A stretch of DNA of 64,000 nucleotides from Phyllobates terribilis (lineage: Eukaryota), in contig NW_027362762.1 of the NCBI RefSeq assembly GCF_046119375.1, positions 106,082,001-106,146,000 on the forward strand, read 5' to 3'. This document shows positions 35,883 to 49,000 of the stretch, one piece after another. The number at the start of each line of letters is the position of its first letter. Within the stretch, counting starts at the first letter, position 1. The notes beneath the pieces were generated by a model. That model was not told the DNA's origin. It searched no databases and saw only the letters and a program-made list of their open reading frames with translations. The position numbers and the translations under genes were made by a program.

Positions 35883-37769
35883 CTACTACCATACAAAGTA
35901 ACTGTAGAGGTACTAACCTGCACATAAGGAACTGGAAGAGGCCATGATGCAGATTACATGATTTTCAGCCACGACCCGCATGCACAGAATCACATGATAG
36001 TGCAGCTTGGTGCTGACCTCTGCTTCTCCTGATCGGCAAATGCAGAGATGGACAAAGCTGGGCAGGAGTTCGGGATGCTGTCTTGGAGTATGAGCCTACA
36101 ATGTGTTTTTCAGATGGATATTGCCTGTAACCTATTTGAAAAGGAGCTAAAAAATATAAAAACAAAAAATAACATGCACAGCAATGTCAAAATGACTTGC
36201 TGTGCATATGTTCCGTCTTTTGTCATTTTTAACCGCTTCAGGCTTCGAAAGACACTTGGAAGCTGCCACTATTTGATGGAATGTAAAAAAAAAAAAAACA
36301 AACACTTTGCCACAAAAGACACTTCAGAGACCACATTGCTGCCGTTTTCATGTAGCGTCTTGGGCCTAAAAAACTACGTGGGTATTTGCTAGCGTCTAAA
36401 AGATGCCAGGTGCACATAACCTTATGGTGAGAGGAAGGTGAGATGGGGAAGGGTTCCTGCTCACCGCCGGTGGCCTGAAATAGGGAAACAAGCCAACCAA
36501 ATCCCTCCTTATCCGGCTTGTCTTTTAGTGATCCCAGTAGCTCTGCATTGTTTGCAGGTAAGTGTATGGTCAGAGGCCTACATTTCTTTGTCTTTTTTGA
36601 CGTTTCCTCCTAGACAACTCTCGTGGACAACAGGCTGGATGTTACCCTTGCCCTTGCTTACATTGCTTGTACCCCTGCCCTCTAGCCAGTCCTATTCTAA
36701 TTATTTAAAGTAACCCCCCCTGACAAATCTAAAGCACTAACTTTCTAGACAGCCATTGTGTTTACAGACAGTCCTGCATGCATTGGCATAAAGGCACATA
36801 CATCAGCCAATACGTAGTTTACAAGTTTACTCCGAAATGTGATCGGAATGTAGCCTCATGGTGAAAAATATCTAAAAGGTTATATATTCAGTGACCCCTA
36901 GAGATAGAAAAAAGAACATTACCACTGATAGTATGGTATAATGCTAGATAATCAACTACAGGTAATTACAATGTGAATATTAAGTACTGCAGAAATCCGT
37001 TCACTAAAATGTATTATATAGGGTAAATTATGTCATATAGGGGAAGATTACGATAAAAAATTATGCTACCATACATTAAAGCAAGAGGTTGTCCAGTCCA
37101 AACCCCTTAAATGGGTATTCTCACCATAGTAAGGAATAGCATATTAGTAGACTATTCAATGGCTTAATCATTACAGGGGTTCAACTTCTGTGACCCACAC
37201 TAATGGTGAAAATGAAGGGACCTCAATGCTGTAACCCCTTAATTCTCAGAATTACTGGGGAGCTTAAGAAGTCAGAGCCCCAGTGGTTCCTTAACTGAGC
37301 TAGAACACCCAAGCCGCTGAGCTCAGTGATCGACCGCAATGGTGATATGTGCTATTGACATGATGTCACCTCTGCATCCAAGCGCACACCAGCTAGTCAA
37401 AGCAATGATAATGTCTTACTGCTAAAACCTTCAATGTAAGTAAACAGCACACCGCTTGATAAGTGACACATCATTGAATTCTGTTTTATCCCCTACCTCA
37501 TGCTGCCTTTAGATTACATAGCAAAAACCTGCTAACAGATTCCTTTTAAAGTGGAAAATCCCTTTACGTAATAGCATTACCTAACCATGTGCCATCACTT
37601 ACTGAGATGGGAATAGCTCGAATAAGCCCGAATTAGTAATATCTCAAACACCTTTGATTTACACTCCCTTTCTAAGTCCCTTCTTCCTTTGGCAGACATA
37701 GGTTCCTTGAACGACGCAGATGCTGCTGCTGCTTTGTATAACACCACAACAGCTGCAGCTCTCGAATAT

Positions 37770-39939
37770 GTCACCCCCCACACACACATACCAAAGCTCG
37801 CACAATTAACAGGCAACCCTGGCACAACAGCCTAACTAAAGAACTGAGGCAGGCTTTCAGGGTTGCTGAGCGGAGATGGAAAAGATCCCACTCCAACGAG
37901 TAGTTCATCACATACAAACAGTGCCTCACCAATTTCAAGTCCACACTCACTGCTGCAAAACAAACTTCGCTTCTTTGGTATTCTCTTTGTCTCACAACCC
38001 TAAACAGCTATTCAACGCTTTCAATTGTCTCCTCTGTCCCCCAGCACCTCCTAACTCTCCTCTCCTCTTATTTCTGCTGAAGAATTAGCCTCATTCTTCA
38101 AGCAGAAGATTGATAACATCAGACGAAGCTTTTGTCTACAGTCCCCACAGCCCATCCTCATAACTACTCAACTCTCTTAGCACCAAACCAGCTTCTCCAC
38201 CATTACAGAAGATAAACTTTCCTCTCTACCGTCCAGATCACATTTCACTACCTGTGCACTTGACCCGACCCAATCCCATCCCACCCCATCCCAAACCTCA
38301 CCACAGTCTTCATCCCAACCCTAATCCATCTCTTCAACCTATCACTAACAACTGGTGTCTTTCTCTCATGCTTTAAACATGCCTCGATCACATCCATCCT
38401 CAAACTGTCCTCCCTTGACCCATCCTCTGTGTCTAGCTATCGCCCTATATCACTTTTCCCCTATGCCTCAAAACTACTGCAACAGCATGTCCATCTTAAA
38501 CTGTCCTCCCACTTCTCCTCCTGCTCCCTCTTTGATCGGTTACAATCTGGCTTCTGACCTAATCATTCAACCGAAACTGACCTAACTAAAGTCACCAATG
38601 ACTTACTAACCACCAAAGCCAAGCAACACTATTCTGTCGTCCTTCTCCTGAACCTGTCCTCTGTCTTCGACACAGTGGACCATTCCCTCTTACTACAGAT
38701 TACCTCATCTCTTGGCATCACAGACTTATCCCTGTCTTGGATCTCTTTATACCTAACAAGACCGGACATTCAGCGTCTCCCACCCGCACACCACCTCCTC
38801 ATCTCACATCCTATCTGTCGGTGTCCCACAAGGTTCAATTTTAGGACCTCTGCTCTTCTCCATCTACACCTTTGGCATGAGACAGCTCATGGAGTCCCAC
38901 GGCTTTCAATATAATCGCTGTGCTGATGACACACAGATCTACCTCTCTGGACCTGATATCTCCTCCTTACTAATCAGAATCCCACAATGTTTGTCCGCTA
39001 TTTCATTCTTCTTCTCTGCTTGATTTCTAAAACTTAACATGGACAAAACAGAATTCATCATCTTTCCCCCATCTCACTCAACCCTCCAACAGACCTATTC
39101 ATCAAAGTCAATGACTGTTCACTCTCCCCAGTCCGGCAAGCTTGTTGCCTCGGGGTAAACCTTGACTCTCTCCTTCAAACCACATATCCAGCCCTTTCCA
39201 CCTCCTGTCAATACCAAATCAAAAATATTTTTCGGATCTGTACATTCCTTAACCAAGAATCTGCAAAAACTCTAGTGCATGCCCTCCTACTCTGTGGCCT
39301 CACTTCTAACACTCTTGCACCCCTCCAATCTATCCTAAACTCTGTTGCCCGACTAATCCACCTGCCCCCCCCGCTATTCCCCGGCCTCTCCTCTCCGCCA
39401 ATCCTTCACTGGTCTGCCTTTGCCCAGATACTCCAGTTTAAAACCCTAACCATGACATACAAAGCCATCCGCAACATGTCTCCTCTATACATCTGTGACA
39501 TAGTCTCCTGGTACTTACCTGCATGCAACCTCTGATCCTCACAAGCTCTCCTTCTCTACTCCTCTCTTATCTCCTCTTCCCACGATTGTATACAAGATTT
39601 CTCCCGTGCATCCCCCCTACTTTGGAACTCTCTACTCCAACACTTCAGACTCTCAACTACCATGGAAACCTTCAAAGGGAACCTGGAGACCTACCTCTTC
39701 CAACAAGCCTACAACCTGCAGTAACCCTTGCTCCACTGTACCGCTGCATGACCAGCTCTACCCTCACCTACTGTATCCTCACCCATCCCTTGTAGACTGT
39801 GAGCCCAAGCTGGCAGGGTCCTCTCTCCTCCTGGACCAGTCAGTGACTTCTATTGTTTATGATTATTGTACTTGTTTTTATTATGGCCATTTCACATGTA
39901 AAGTGCCATGGAATAAATGGCGCTATAATAATAAATAAT
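37770..39939 (+). mobile_element. 5'-truncated decayed L2 LINE
   Basis: RT-like remnants ([35 protein letters not shown]); L2-type 3' end (TAGACTGTGAGC...GGCAGGG...GGCGCTATAATAATAAAT). Confidence 0.85.
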
Positions 39940-40953
39940 CCTTATCAATCCTCTCCCTCCCCTGGATCTATGACTATGTGGCAAAACGTTGCAGGCAGTA
40001 TGCAGCAATTGCAAGAATTACAGCCATGGCTGATCTGTCTAGATCATGAACATCCTACCTGAGGCCTGAGGACCAAATGTAGCCTGTATAGCTTTAACCA
40101 TCAGGACACAGACTAGCTTGATTACGTATTTATTTGCAGCTGCCAAAATGTCTCCTGACAATTCAAAATACAGAGCATCCTCATATTTTTGTGCATGTTT
40201 TGTTATGGGGCGCTGTTTGGGCGCTCTGGGGCTGTATGAGTACTAAAGGGTAACTGAATTTTCAGCTTTTTTTGGTCTGTGGAGGTCTGAGTGCTTAGCC
40301 ATAAATTGCTAAATGCTGCTCTCCCTGGAAATCCATAAACTTTGCATTGAGCCTGTCTTCAGTCTCAGAGAACAGAACTCTGTTGAATGCATCTACTCCT
40401 TTGTTTAGAAATCAGTAGGGTCTCAGAACCCAAACCTCAAACCCATCAAAACCCCTGACATATTTTCATGACCCAATGGTATTCCTGCTACAATGCTAGT
40501 ATTAAACTTGGCAAGAAATACTGTAGTGGTATTCCAATGAAAACTTCATAGCACAGCTGATTATTTTTTTGGGCAGTATTTGAAATACAAACTAGTGCAC
40601 CTCAGTGGGGGTCTGACTGCTTGGTCCCATAAAATCCTGAGAATGAGGCTCTGGAAAGCCCCCTCAGAATGGAGCAGTTCTAGAGCACTGCTTCCATTCC
40701 CTACCAAACTGCCAGAGATAAGGGAGTAAAGAGCTCTGATTTTTTTTCGGCAGTCCCATAGAGAATCAAAGGAGCAGTGCTGCCACATTCTCGGGACTGA
40801 TGGTGGGTCCATGTCACTGAGCTAGAACTACTACCATTTCCATTTTTTTTCTTGTAGGCAAAGTCCCAAAAGTGGAACCTCTCAGACATTGAATACATGT
40901 CATTTGTATAAACATCCAAAACTGTGTCTAACATTTTGCCATTTCCATTTTAG

Positions 40954-41357
40954 GTGGCTCATATATGATGGAACAAGAAGAAAATAAGAGGACAAGGACG
41001 GCTTACACCAGAGCTCAGCTTCTAGAGCTGGAGAAGGAATTCCTCTTCAACAAGTACATCTCTCGACCTAGAAGAGTGGAGCTGGCCGTGATGCTGAACC
41101 TGACCGAAAGACACATAAAGATCTGGTTCCAGAACCGTAGGATGAAGTGGAAGAAAGAGGAAGACAAGAAAAGAGGCAAAGGAAGTGACCCAGAACAAGA
41201 CTCTGTGGTGTCCTCAGCGGATATTCTAAAGGATGAGTCCCCATGTATGGGAAACACACCACCCTCCAGAGACTTGGTGCTGTCACCTCCTCTGCCAACC
41301 TCATCGTCCTCACAAGTCAGCTCTGTGCCATCCTCCAGACAAGCTGAAAAGCGATAG
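40954..41357 (+). CDS. pdx1: Pdx1 (pancreatic and duodenal homeobox 1 / XlHbox8) exon 2: homeodomain (40983-41162) and C-terminus
   Basis: (G)[74 protein letters not shown]; His44 (TERHIK) is Xlox-diagnostic; phase-1 acceptor as in mammalian PDX1; PEQD motif; TAG stop. Confidence 0.97.
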
Positions 41358-42636
41358 AGCTATAGCATCACTGGAGACTTTAAAGTATTACAATATATTG
41401 AACTCCGTAGACTTGCATAACATAGATCAGGCTATGGGATGGACGCTCTGGGCCTGGCTATTCATGTAAATGTGACCTTTGCTTTATGCTGTAGTTATTG
41501 ACCACGTATCACGTTATTGAAAGTATTCCGCAGTATAATACACAATGGAGGGCAGAAATATGAAGATCATCTCTTATTGATATCATCATTCAGTTGGACT
41601 CTTATCAAGGCTCAAATCAGACCAGAGGTGGACAGACACTAGTGGGCCCCTGTACAAGAACTGTATATGGGCCGCTCTTATCCCATTGCTCGTCATAAAG
41701 CACCTAATTATTTTTAGGATCTATGATGTTTATAAGCTCAAGTACTTAGACTAATTGATAGTAGGAAACTGCTCTTAACATGACAGTAGGCTCCCAAACC
41801 TATTGGGACCCCTGTTCAGCTGCACATATTGCACCAATGGTATGTTCACCCCTGCCCCACACTATGATTTCTATATTAGTTTTCATTACAGTACCCATTA
41901 ATGAGTGGCTACTTGTGTACCATAGAAGCATCACTTAGGGGTCCCAAGAAGGCTGCGGGCTCAAACTGGCCCATCAATTTCCAACATGCAGGTTGTCTAC
42001 CTATCTATATTTGACAAATATTAGGGAGGAAGAAGCCCCTGGCAGGGGCAGACATATCTTTGGTGCAATGTGGAGCCCAAGAGGTAAGGGGGTCCATTTC
42101 CACCTCCAAAGCAGGTGGAATTATGCATTATGATGAGCGATTGGTCTACAAAGGGCCCATATAATGTTCTTGCACAGGGGCCCTCTTCTGTCTGCGACTG
42201 CCAGTTCCCCAAGGTCATACTATCCCTCAACCGTGTTTCAGGAAGGTATACGTGAGGTGATTTATACCAGAATCAAGAGGAAACCTCATTTTATTTTTTG
42301 TTATTTTAAAGGTGTTTTCCAGTGCTCCTATGACGTTGCAACATGCCACAATGCACGAACGATTGGCAGTTATCACGCACACACGCTGTACTAAAGAATA
42401 CCCCAATTATAAACCCCTTTAAAACACATATAAGTATTATTAAAGTTTTTACCTAGCTTGATTTATCACTGAAAAATATCACAATATAATCCCCAACAAT
42501 TAATTATCTCACTGAAAAAGGGATATAACTTAAAACAACCCTTAATGATAAATAAAAATGACCACACACGTAAAACACAACTATATGAAGTGCACTAAAG
42601 GGTTAGAATTCCTGCTAAGTATTGGTACTCAGGAAA

Positions 42637-42836
42637 CTAATAGACGCACAAACATCATCAGGAGACCATCATAAATCAAATTATAATAATAAAATAAATT
42701 TGATTTATGATAGTCTCCTCATGAGTTGTCTTTTGAGGGTGACGAAGATTAATTAATAAATATGGTGTCTAAAGGACATGAACCATATTATTTATAGAGA
42801 CTGTAGGATTTAACTGTATGTTTGTGTGTTTATTAG
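42637..42836. repeat. Short inverted duplication with CTGATGA-type motif
   Basis: GGAGACCATCATAAATCAAA / TTTGATTTATGATAGTCTCC hairpin plus an outer match CTAATAGACGCACAAACA / TGTTTGTGTGTTTATTAG. Confidence 0.6.
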
Positions 42837-42966
42837 TAGAGATGAGCGTTGTACTGGTCCGGTGCTGAACTCCGAACACAAACTTCTCTTGGAAGTCCAT
42901 TTTAGAGTTCGGGGAGGAGAGAGCAAGAGTAAGACATATTTTCCTTATCTTTTTTTTTTTTTTTAA

Positions 42967-43290
42967 TATGTAAATGAGCTGTTAAGATCTATGGGCTGGC
43001 CATAAATCTCCCTGAGAACCTGCCCCCAGAGCTTATTTTAAATGAAAGGGGGGCGTTACTAATGTTGTATCATTGGTAATTCCCCCTTTCATTTCAAAAT
43101 AATCTCTGGAGGCAGATTCTATGTCCGGCCCATAGATCTTAACAGCTCATTTACATAATAAGAAAAATGTGGATTTCTCTGGAATAAGACATCGGATCAC
43201 AGATATCAAGGTATCATTTTATTCAGCTTCCTATGACCTACATGCCCATATAGACGGCTTAGGAGGTTTGATCCTACTGACAGATTCCCT
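42967..43290. mobile_element. MITE remnant with a ~190-bp internal palindrome, ending CAGATTCCCT|TTAA (T2/Kolobok-like)
   Basis: ATGTAAATGAGCTGTTAAGATCTATGGGC / GCCCATAGATCTTAACAGCTCATTTACAT; TTAA flank. Confidence 0.55.
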
Positions 43291-44390
43291 TTAAGTCCCC
43301 AAGACCTGACAACTAATGTCTGTGACCGGCTCAGGTTGCTCAATACCAGCAGAGACGTCATAATATCTCTGATTTACAGAGATTGCGTTTACTTTGCCAT
43401 TAGATGCCATGTTGTCTTGTTGAATCACATACAGACTGTTTCTTCCTCCTCGGTTAGTTGAGATTTTCCATGAATGAATTCCAGGAGTATTTCCCCTCTC
43501 TGTTATACAGCTGTATTGTATGACTAGGATTAGTGTGTTTCTTTGTGGCACAATATTTGTAAATTGGCTTTAGTAATTAAAATGCTGCGTATGAATCCAA
43601 TGACCGCAATTAGAAAGTTCTGTGTTATGCAATGGAAAGTTTTGCAATGTATAGAATAAGACATTCGGACCTATTCGATTGAATCCAATCACTTTGTAAA
43701 TGAGGGATCTCTAACTGCAGCTCACAAGTTACTTCCTGTCAACATCTAAAATAAACAAAGCTAATACTTTGATAAAAATGAAGACCATAAAAAAAAAAAA
43801 CTGGCACATGACATATAATTTTTTTTACAGGCTAATGAAAAATAAGGAGCAATGATTTTGCATAAAGGATTAGTTGCCTTAAGGGGTTTGTTCCACTATT
43901 ACACATCATATTTATTGTATAAATCATAACAAATAACAATGTTTGCCATTTAGATGTTAAAGAAACAATTTGACAAATAGTTACAGCATTTATTATTGTG
44001 GTGTCAACTGGTAATTCAAGTGTATAGCAATAGACATGTCCACGCGACAAGCTGAAATACTTTTTTTGTCCTGCTTGTCGGGGAAAGAGCAGAGTATCAG
44101 CAGTAGCATGGCAGTAAAGCTGTGAAGACTCCTACCGGAGAGGTAAGAGAGGAGAACATGGTGAGTTGCAAGAGGGGGAAGAAGTCCACTTTCAGCAACA
44201 CAGACTAGCAGCAGTACCAAGGTCAAATAAAAGTTACCAAATAATTAAGCCCAGCTTGATATGCATCTTGAAGGCAACAGAGTCAAAGAAAAGACTAAAT
44301 TAGGACCTATCACCTCTTGGGGAACTTCATAAACCCAAAGCCAATAAAAAAACATTTATTCAGCATTTCTCAGAGAATATATATATATAT

Positions 44391-45600
44391 ACCTCTTGTG
44401 GTCGGCATTCCACAGTCTGACTGTAAAGAACCCTTCCCTGTTTAGATGCTGGAATCGCCTTTCTTCCACCTGTAATGAGTGTCACCTGGTCCTTAGTATG
44501 GAATTTAGCTTACTTGTAACCAGAATACCCAAGTCCTTCTTTGAAATCAATAATATGTATATGCAGCAATACAATTACTGAGGCCATGGTGCATTACTAT
44601 ACATTTATCAACATTAAAACTCATCTGCCATGCGTTTGCCCATGCAGATATCTTTTCCAGATTGTTTTGTAATACATTGTCGCACTCAGTTTTTATTCTC
44701 CTACACCGTTTTGTCATCAGCAAAGACTGACCCTTTACTCTCATTGCCATCCACATGGTAATTAATATAGAGATTAAAAAGAATAGGTATTAACACAGAT
44801 CCTTGTGGTCCCCACTGCTGACTTTATCCCATTTAGAGAATGTAACGTTTAGAATGCCTTTCTTTCTAGCCCAATAACGCAATTTTTAGCAATCCTAAAA
44901 GTCAATATTGACTCTTCTGGATACCGGTCAGAAGCCTCTCACTCAGCCAAACCATATCTCACATTTTGCACTGATGAGGGGCAGTACCTTGAAACACCGT
45001 GTCTGTCTGCAAAGTGAGATTTTGGTTTTGGCTATTATCCTAAGTCATGTGATAAGGCGCCTTGAAGAGTCAATATTGACTTTTAGAATTGCTACTTTCT
45101 ATAGGTGGCACTAGAGTTCTATTTCTCTTCCTCTCTGAAGAAACAATTTGCATATTTCCCAGAGGAGCATTGTGGCTTTAAAGTCTCCTCACCTTGACAT
45201 GCTTAACATGTCGCTCTTCGCAAGGAGAAACGTTACCCCTTGGATACTTGTCCAATAACCACATTTTTTCCCAAGTGCATATAGTTCCCCCCAGTCCCCA
45301 CTTCTGGAGCTTCAGTTCAAGGCTACTGTGTGGTACAGTATCAAATGCCTTTGCAGAGTCCAGATATATCTATCTGCTGCATGACCCCACCATCCACATT
45401 TATACTTACCTTTTCATAGAAACCCAATATGTTGGTTAGACACGCCTTGCACCTTGTCTTTCATGAATCCATGCTGGTTGGCCATTGTTATATTATTTTT
45501 TGCAATATAATTTTGCATGTCATCTCTTATAATGTCCTCAAAAATTTTGCCCACCACTGATGTCAAACTTATCGGACGGTAGATGCTGGGATTCACATTC
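44391..45600 (-). mobile_element. CR1 LINE fragments interrupted by a MITE (~44890-45195)
   Basis: YRPISLTSVVGKIFEDIIRD...NQHGFMKDK; LQNNLEKISAWANAWQMSFNVDKC. Confidence 0.82.
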
Positions 45601-46018
45601 TTACTTTTCTTAAATATCGGTACACGTTAGCCATCCTCCAAGAAGATGAAATACAGGGCTGCCACTAGGAATTTCGGGGGCCCGTACTGGTAAAATTTCG
45701 GGGCCCCCTTGAGACTCCGCCCAGGCTCCACCCCCAACTCTGCTGCCAGAAATATCCCCCTCGCAGGGCCAGACCCCCCCCCCCCAGCAGCCTCCCCCGG
45801 TCCTCATACATATACTGCCACTGCTGCTGCTGTGGCCTCCACACAGACACACTAACACACACACTGACACACAGTCTGCCTACCTTCTCCTACCGCCGCT
45901 GAAGTCTGCCTGCCTGTCCTGGGTCCCAATGCACATGTGGCAAGATGCTGCTCTGCTCCAAAATGAAAGTGAGCGCGCAGCGTGTCACATGACCGGCGGC
46001 AGGACAATGATGCACCCA

Positions 46019-49000
46019 GCTAGAGAGAGGGAGAAGAGAGAGTGCAGGAGGGAGGCTAGAGAGAGGGAAAAGAGAGAGTGCAGGAGGGAGGGTAGAGAGA
46101 GGGAGAAGAGAGTGCAGGAGGGAGGCTAGAGCGAGGGAGAAGAGAGAGTGCAGGAGAGAGGCTAGAGCGAGGGAGAAGAGAGAGTGCAGGAGGGAGGCTA
46201 GAGAGAGGGAGAAGAGAGAGTGCAGGAGGGAGGCTAGAGAGAGGGAGAAGAGAGAGTGCAGGAGGGAGGCTGAGAGAGGGAGAAGAGAGAGTGCAGGAGG
46301 AAGGCTAGAGAGAGGGAGAAGAGAGAGTGCAGGAGGGAGGCTAGAGAGAGGGAGAAGAGAAAGTGCAGGAGGGAGGCTAGAGCGAGGGAGAAGAGAGAGT
46401 GCAGGAGGGAGGCTAGAGAGAGGGAGAAGAGAAAGTGCAGGAGGGAGGCTAGAGAGAGGGAGAAGAGAGAGCGCAGGAGGGAGGCTAGAGAGAGGGAGAA
46501 GAGAGAGTGCAGGAGGGAGGCTGAGAGAGGGAGAAGAGAGAGTGCAGGAGGAAGGCTAGAGAGAGGGAGAAGAGAGAGTGCAGGAGGGAGGCTAGAGAGA
46601 GGGAGAAGAGAGAGTGCAGGAGGGAGGCTAGAGAGAGGGAGAAGAGAGTGCAGGAGGGAGGCTAGAGCGAGGGAGAAGAGAGAGTGCAGGAGGGAGGCTA
46701 GAGAGAGGGAGAAGAGAGAGTGCAGGAGGGAGGCTAGAGAGAGGGAGAAGAGAGAGTGCAGGAGGGAGGCGAGAGAGAGGGAGAAGAGAGAGTGCAGGAG
46801 GGAGGCTAGAGAGAGGGAGAAGAGAGAGTGCAGGAGAGAGGTTAGAGAGAGGAAGAAGAGAGAGTGCAGGAGGGAGGCTAGAGAGAGGAAGAAGAGAGAG
46901 TGCAGGAGGGAGGCTAGAGAGAGGGAGAAGAGAGAGTGCAGGAGGGAGGCTAGAGAGAGGGAGAAGAGAGAGTGCAGGAGGGAGGTTAGAGCGAGGGAGA
47001 AAAGAGAGTGCAGGAGGGAGACTAGAGAGAGGGAGAAGAGAGAGTGCAAAAGGGAGGTTAGAGCGAGGGAGAAGAGAGAGTGCAGGAGGGAGGCTAGAGA
47101 GAGGGAGAAGAGAGAGTGCAGGAGGGAGGCTACAGAGAGGGAGAAGAGAGAGTGCAGGAGGGAGGCTAGAGAGAGGGAGAAGAGAGAGTGCAGGAGGGAG
47201 GCTGAGAGAGGGAGAAGAGAGAGTGCAGGAGGAAGGCTAGAGAGAGGGAGAAGAGAGAGTGCAGGAGGGAGGCTAGAGAGAGGGAGAAGAGAGAGTGCGG
47301 GAGGGAGGCTAGAGAGAGGGAGAAGAGAGAGTGCGGGAGGGAGGCTAGAGAGAGGGAGAAGAGAGAGTACGGGAGGGAGGCTAGAAAGAGGGAGAAGAGA
47401 GAGTGCGGGAGGGAGGCTAGAGAGAGGGAGAAGAGAGAGTGCGGGAGGGAGGCTAGAGAGAGGGAGAAGAGAGAGTGCGGGAGGGAGGCTAGAGAGAGGG
47501 AGAAGAGAGAGTGCAGGACGGAGGCTAGAAAGAGGAAGAAGAGAGAGTGCAGGAGGGAGGCTAGAGCGAGGGAGAAGAGAGAGTGCAGGAGGGAGGCTAG
47601 AGAGAGGGAGAAGAGAGAGTGCAGGAAGGAGGCTAGAGAGAGGGAGAAGAGAGAGTGCAGGAGGGAGGCTAGAGCGAGGGAGAAAAGAGAGTGCAGGAGG
47701 GAGGCTAGAGCGAGGGAGAAGAGAGAGTGCAGGAGGGAGGCTAGAAAGAGGAAGAAGAGAGAGTGCAGGAGGGAGGCTAGAAAGAGGAAGAAGAGAGAGT
47801 GCAGGAGGGAGGTTAGAGCGAGGGAGAAGAGAGAGTACAGGAGGGAGGCTAGAGAGAGGGAGAAGAGAGAGTACAGGAGGGAGGCTAGAGAGAGGGAGAA
47901 GAGAGAGTGCAGGAGGGAGGCTAGAAAGAGGGAGAAGAGAGAGTACAGGAGGGAGGCTAGAGAGAGGGAGAAGAGAGAGTGCAGGAGGGAGGCTAGAGAG
48001 AGGGAGAAGAGAGAGTACAGGAGGGAGGCTAGAGAGAGGAAGAAGAGAGAGTGCAGGAGGGAGGCTAGAGCGAGGGAGAAGAGAGAGTGCAGGAGGGAGG
48101 CTAGAGCGAGGGAGAAGAGAGAGTGCAGGAGGGAGACTAGAAAGAGGAAGAAGAGAGAGTGCAGGAGGGAGGCTAGAGAGAGGGAGAAGAGAGAGTGCAG
48201 GAGGGAGGCTAGAGAGAGGAAGAAGAGAGAGTGCAGGAGGGAGGCTAGAGAGAGGGAGAAGAGAGAGTGCAGGAGGGAGGCTAGAGAGAGGGAGAAGAGA
48301 GAGTGCAGGAGGGAGGCTAGAGAGAGGGAGAAGAGAGAGTGCAGGAGGGAGGCTAGAGAGAGGAAGAAGAGAGAGTGCAGGAGGGAGTCTAGAGAGAGGA
48401 AGAAGAGAGAGTGCAGGAGGGAGGCTAGAGAGAGGGAGAAGAGAGAGTGCAGGAGGGAGGCTAGAAAGAGGAAGAAGAGAGAGTGCAGGAGGGAGGTTAG
48501 AGCGAGGGAGAAAAGAGAGTGCAGGAGGGAGGCTAGAGAGAGGGAGAAGAGAGAGTGCAGGAGGGAGGCTAGAGAGAGGGAGAAGAGAGAGTGCAGGAGG
48601 GAGACTAGAGCGAGGGAGAAGAGAGAGTGCAGGAGGGAGGCTAGAGAGAGGGAGAAGAGAGAGTGCAGGAGGGAGGCTAGAGAGAGGGAGAAGAGAGAGT
48701 GCAGGAGGGAGGCTAGAGAGAGCGAGAAGAGAGAGTGCAGGAGGGAGGCTAGAGAGAGGGAGAAGAGAGAGTGCAGGAGGGAGTCGACAGAGAGGGAGAA
48801 GAGAGAGTGCAGGAGGGAGGCTAGAGAGAGGGAGAAGACAGAGTGCAGGAGGGAGGCCAGAGAGAGGAAGAAGAGAGTGCAGGAGGGAGGCTAGAGAGAG
48901 GAAGAAGAGAGAGTGCAGGAGGGAGGCTAGAGAGAGGGAAAAGAGAGAGTGCAGGAGGGAGGCTAGAGAGAGGGAGAAGAGAAAGTGCAGGAGGGAGGCT

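Larger units (their letters stand above)
1..40953 (+). other. pdx1: Pdx1 intron (distal part, >40.9 kb), TE-rich
   Basis: Ends in a pyrimidine-rich acceptor (ttttgccatttccattttag|GT) before exon 2; no exon-1 peptide (FPWMK hexapeptide) in any ORF of the window. Confidence 0.75.

Noticed and set aside
36750-36835. Sox/Fox composite CATTGTGTTTAC as an enhancer
   Set aside because: A single short motif match; not enough without conservation data.
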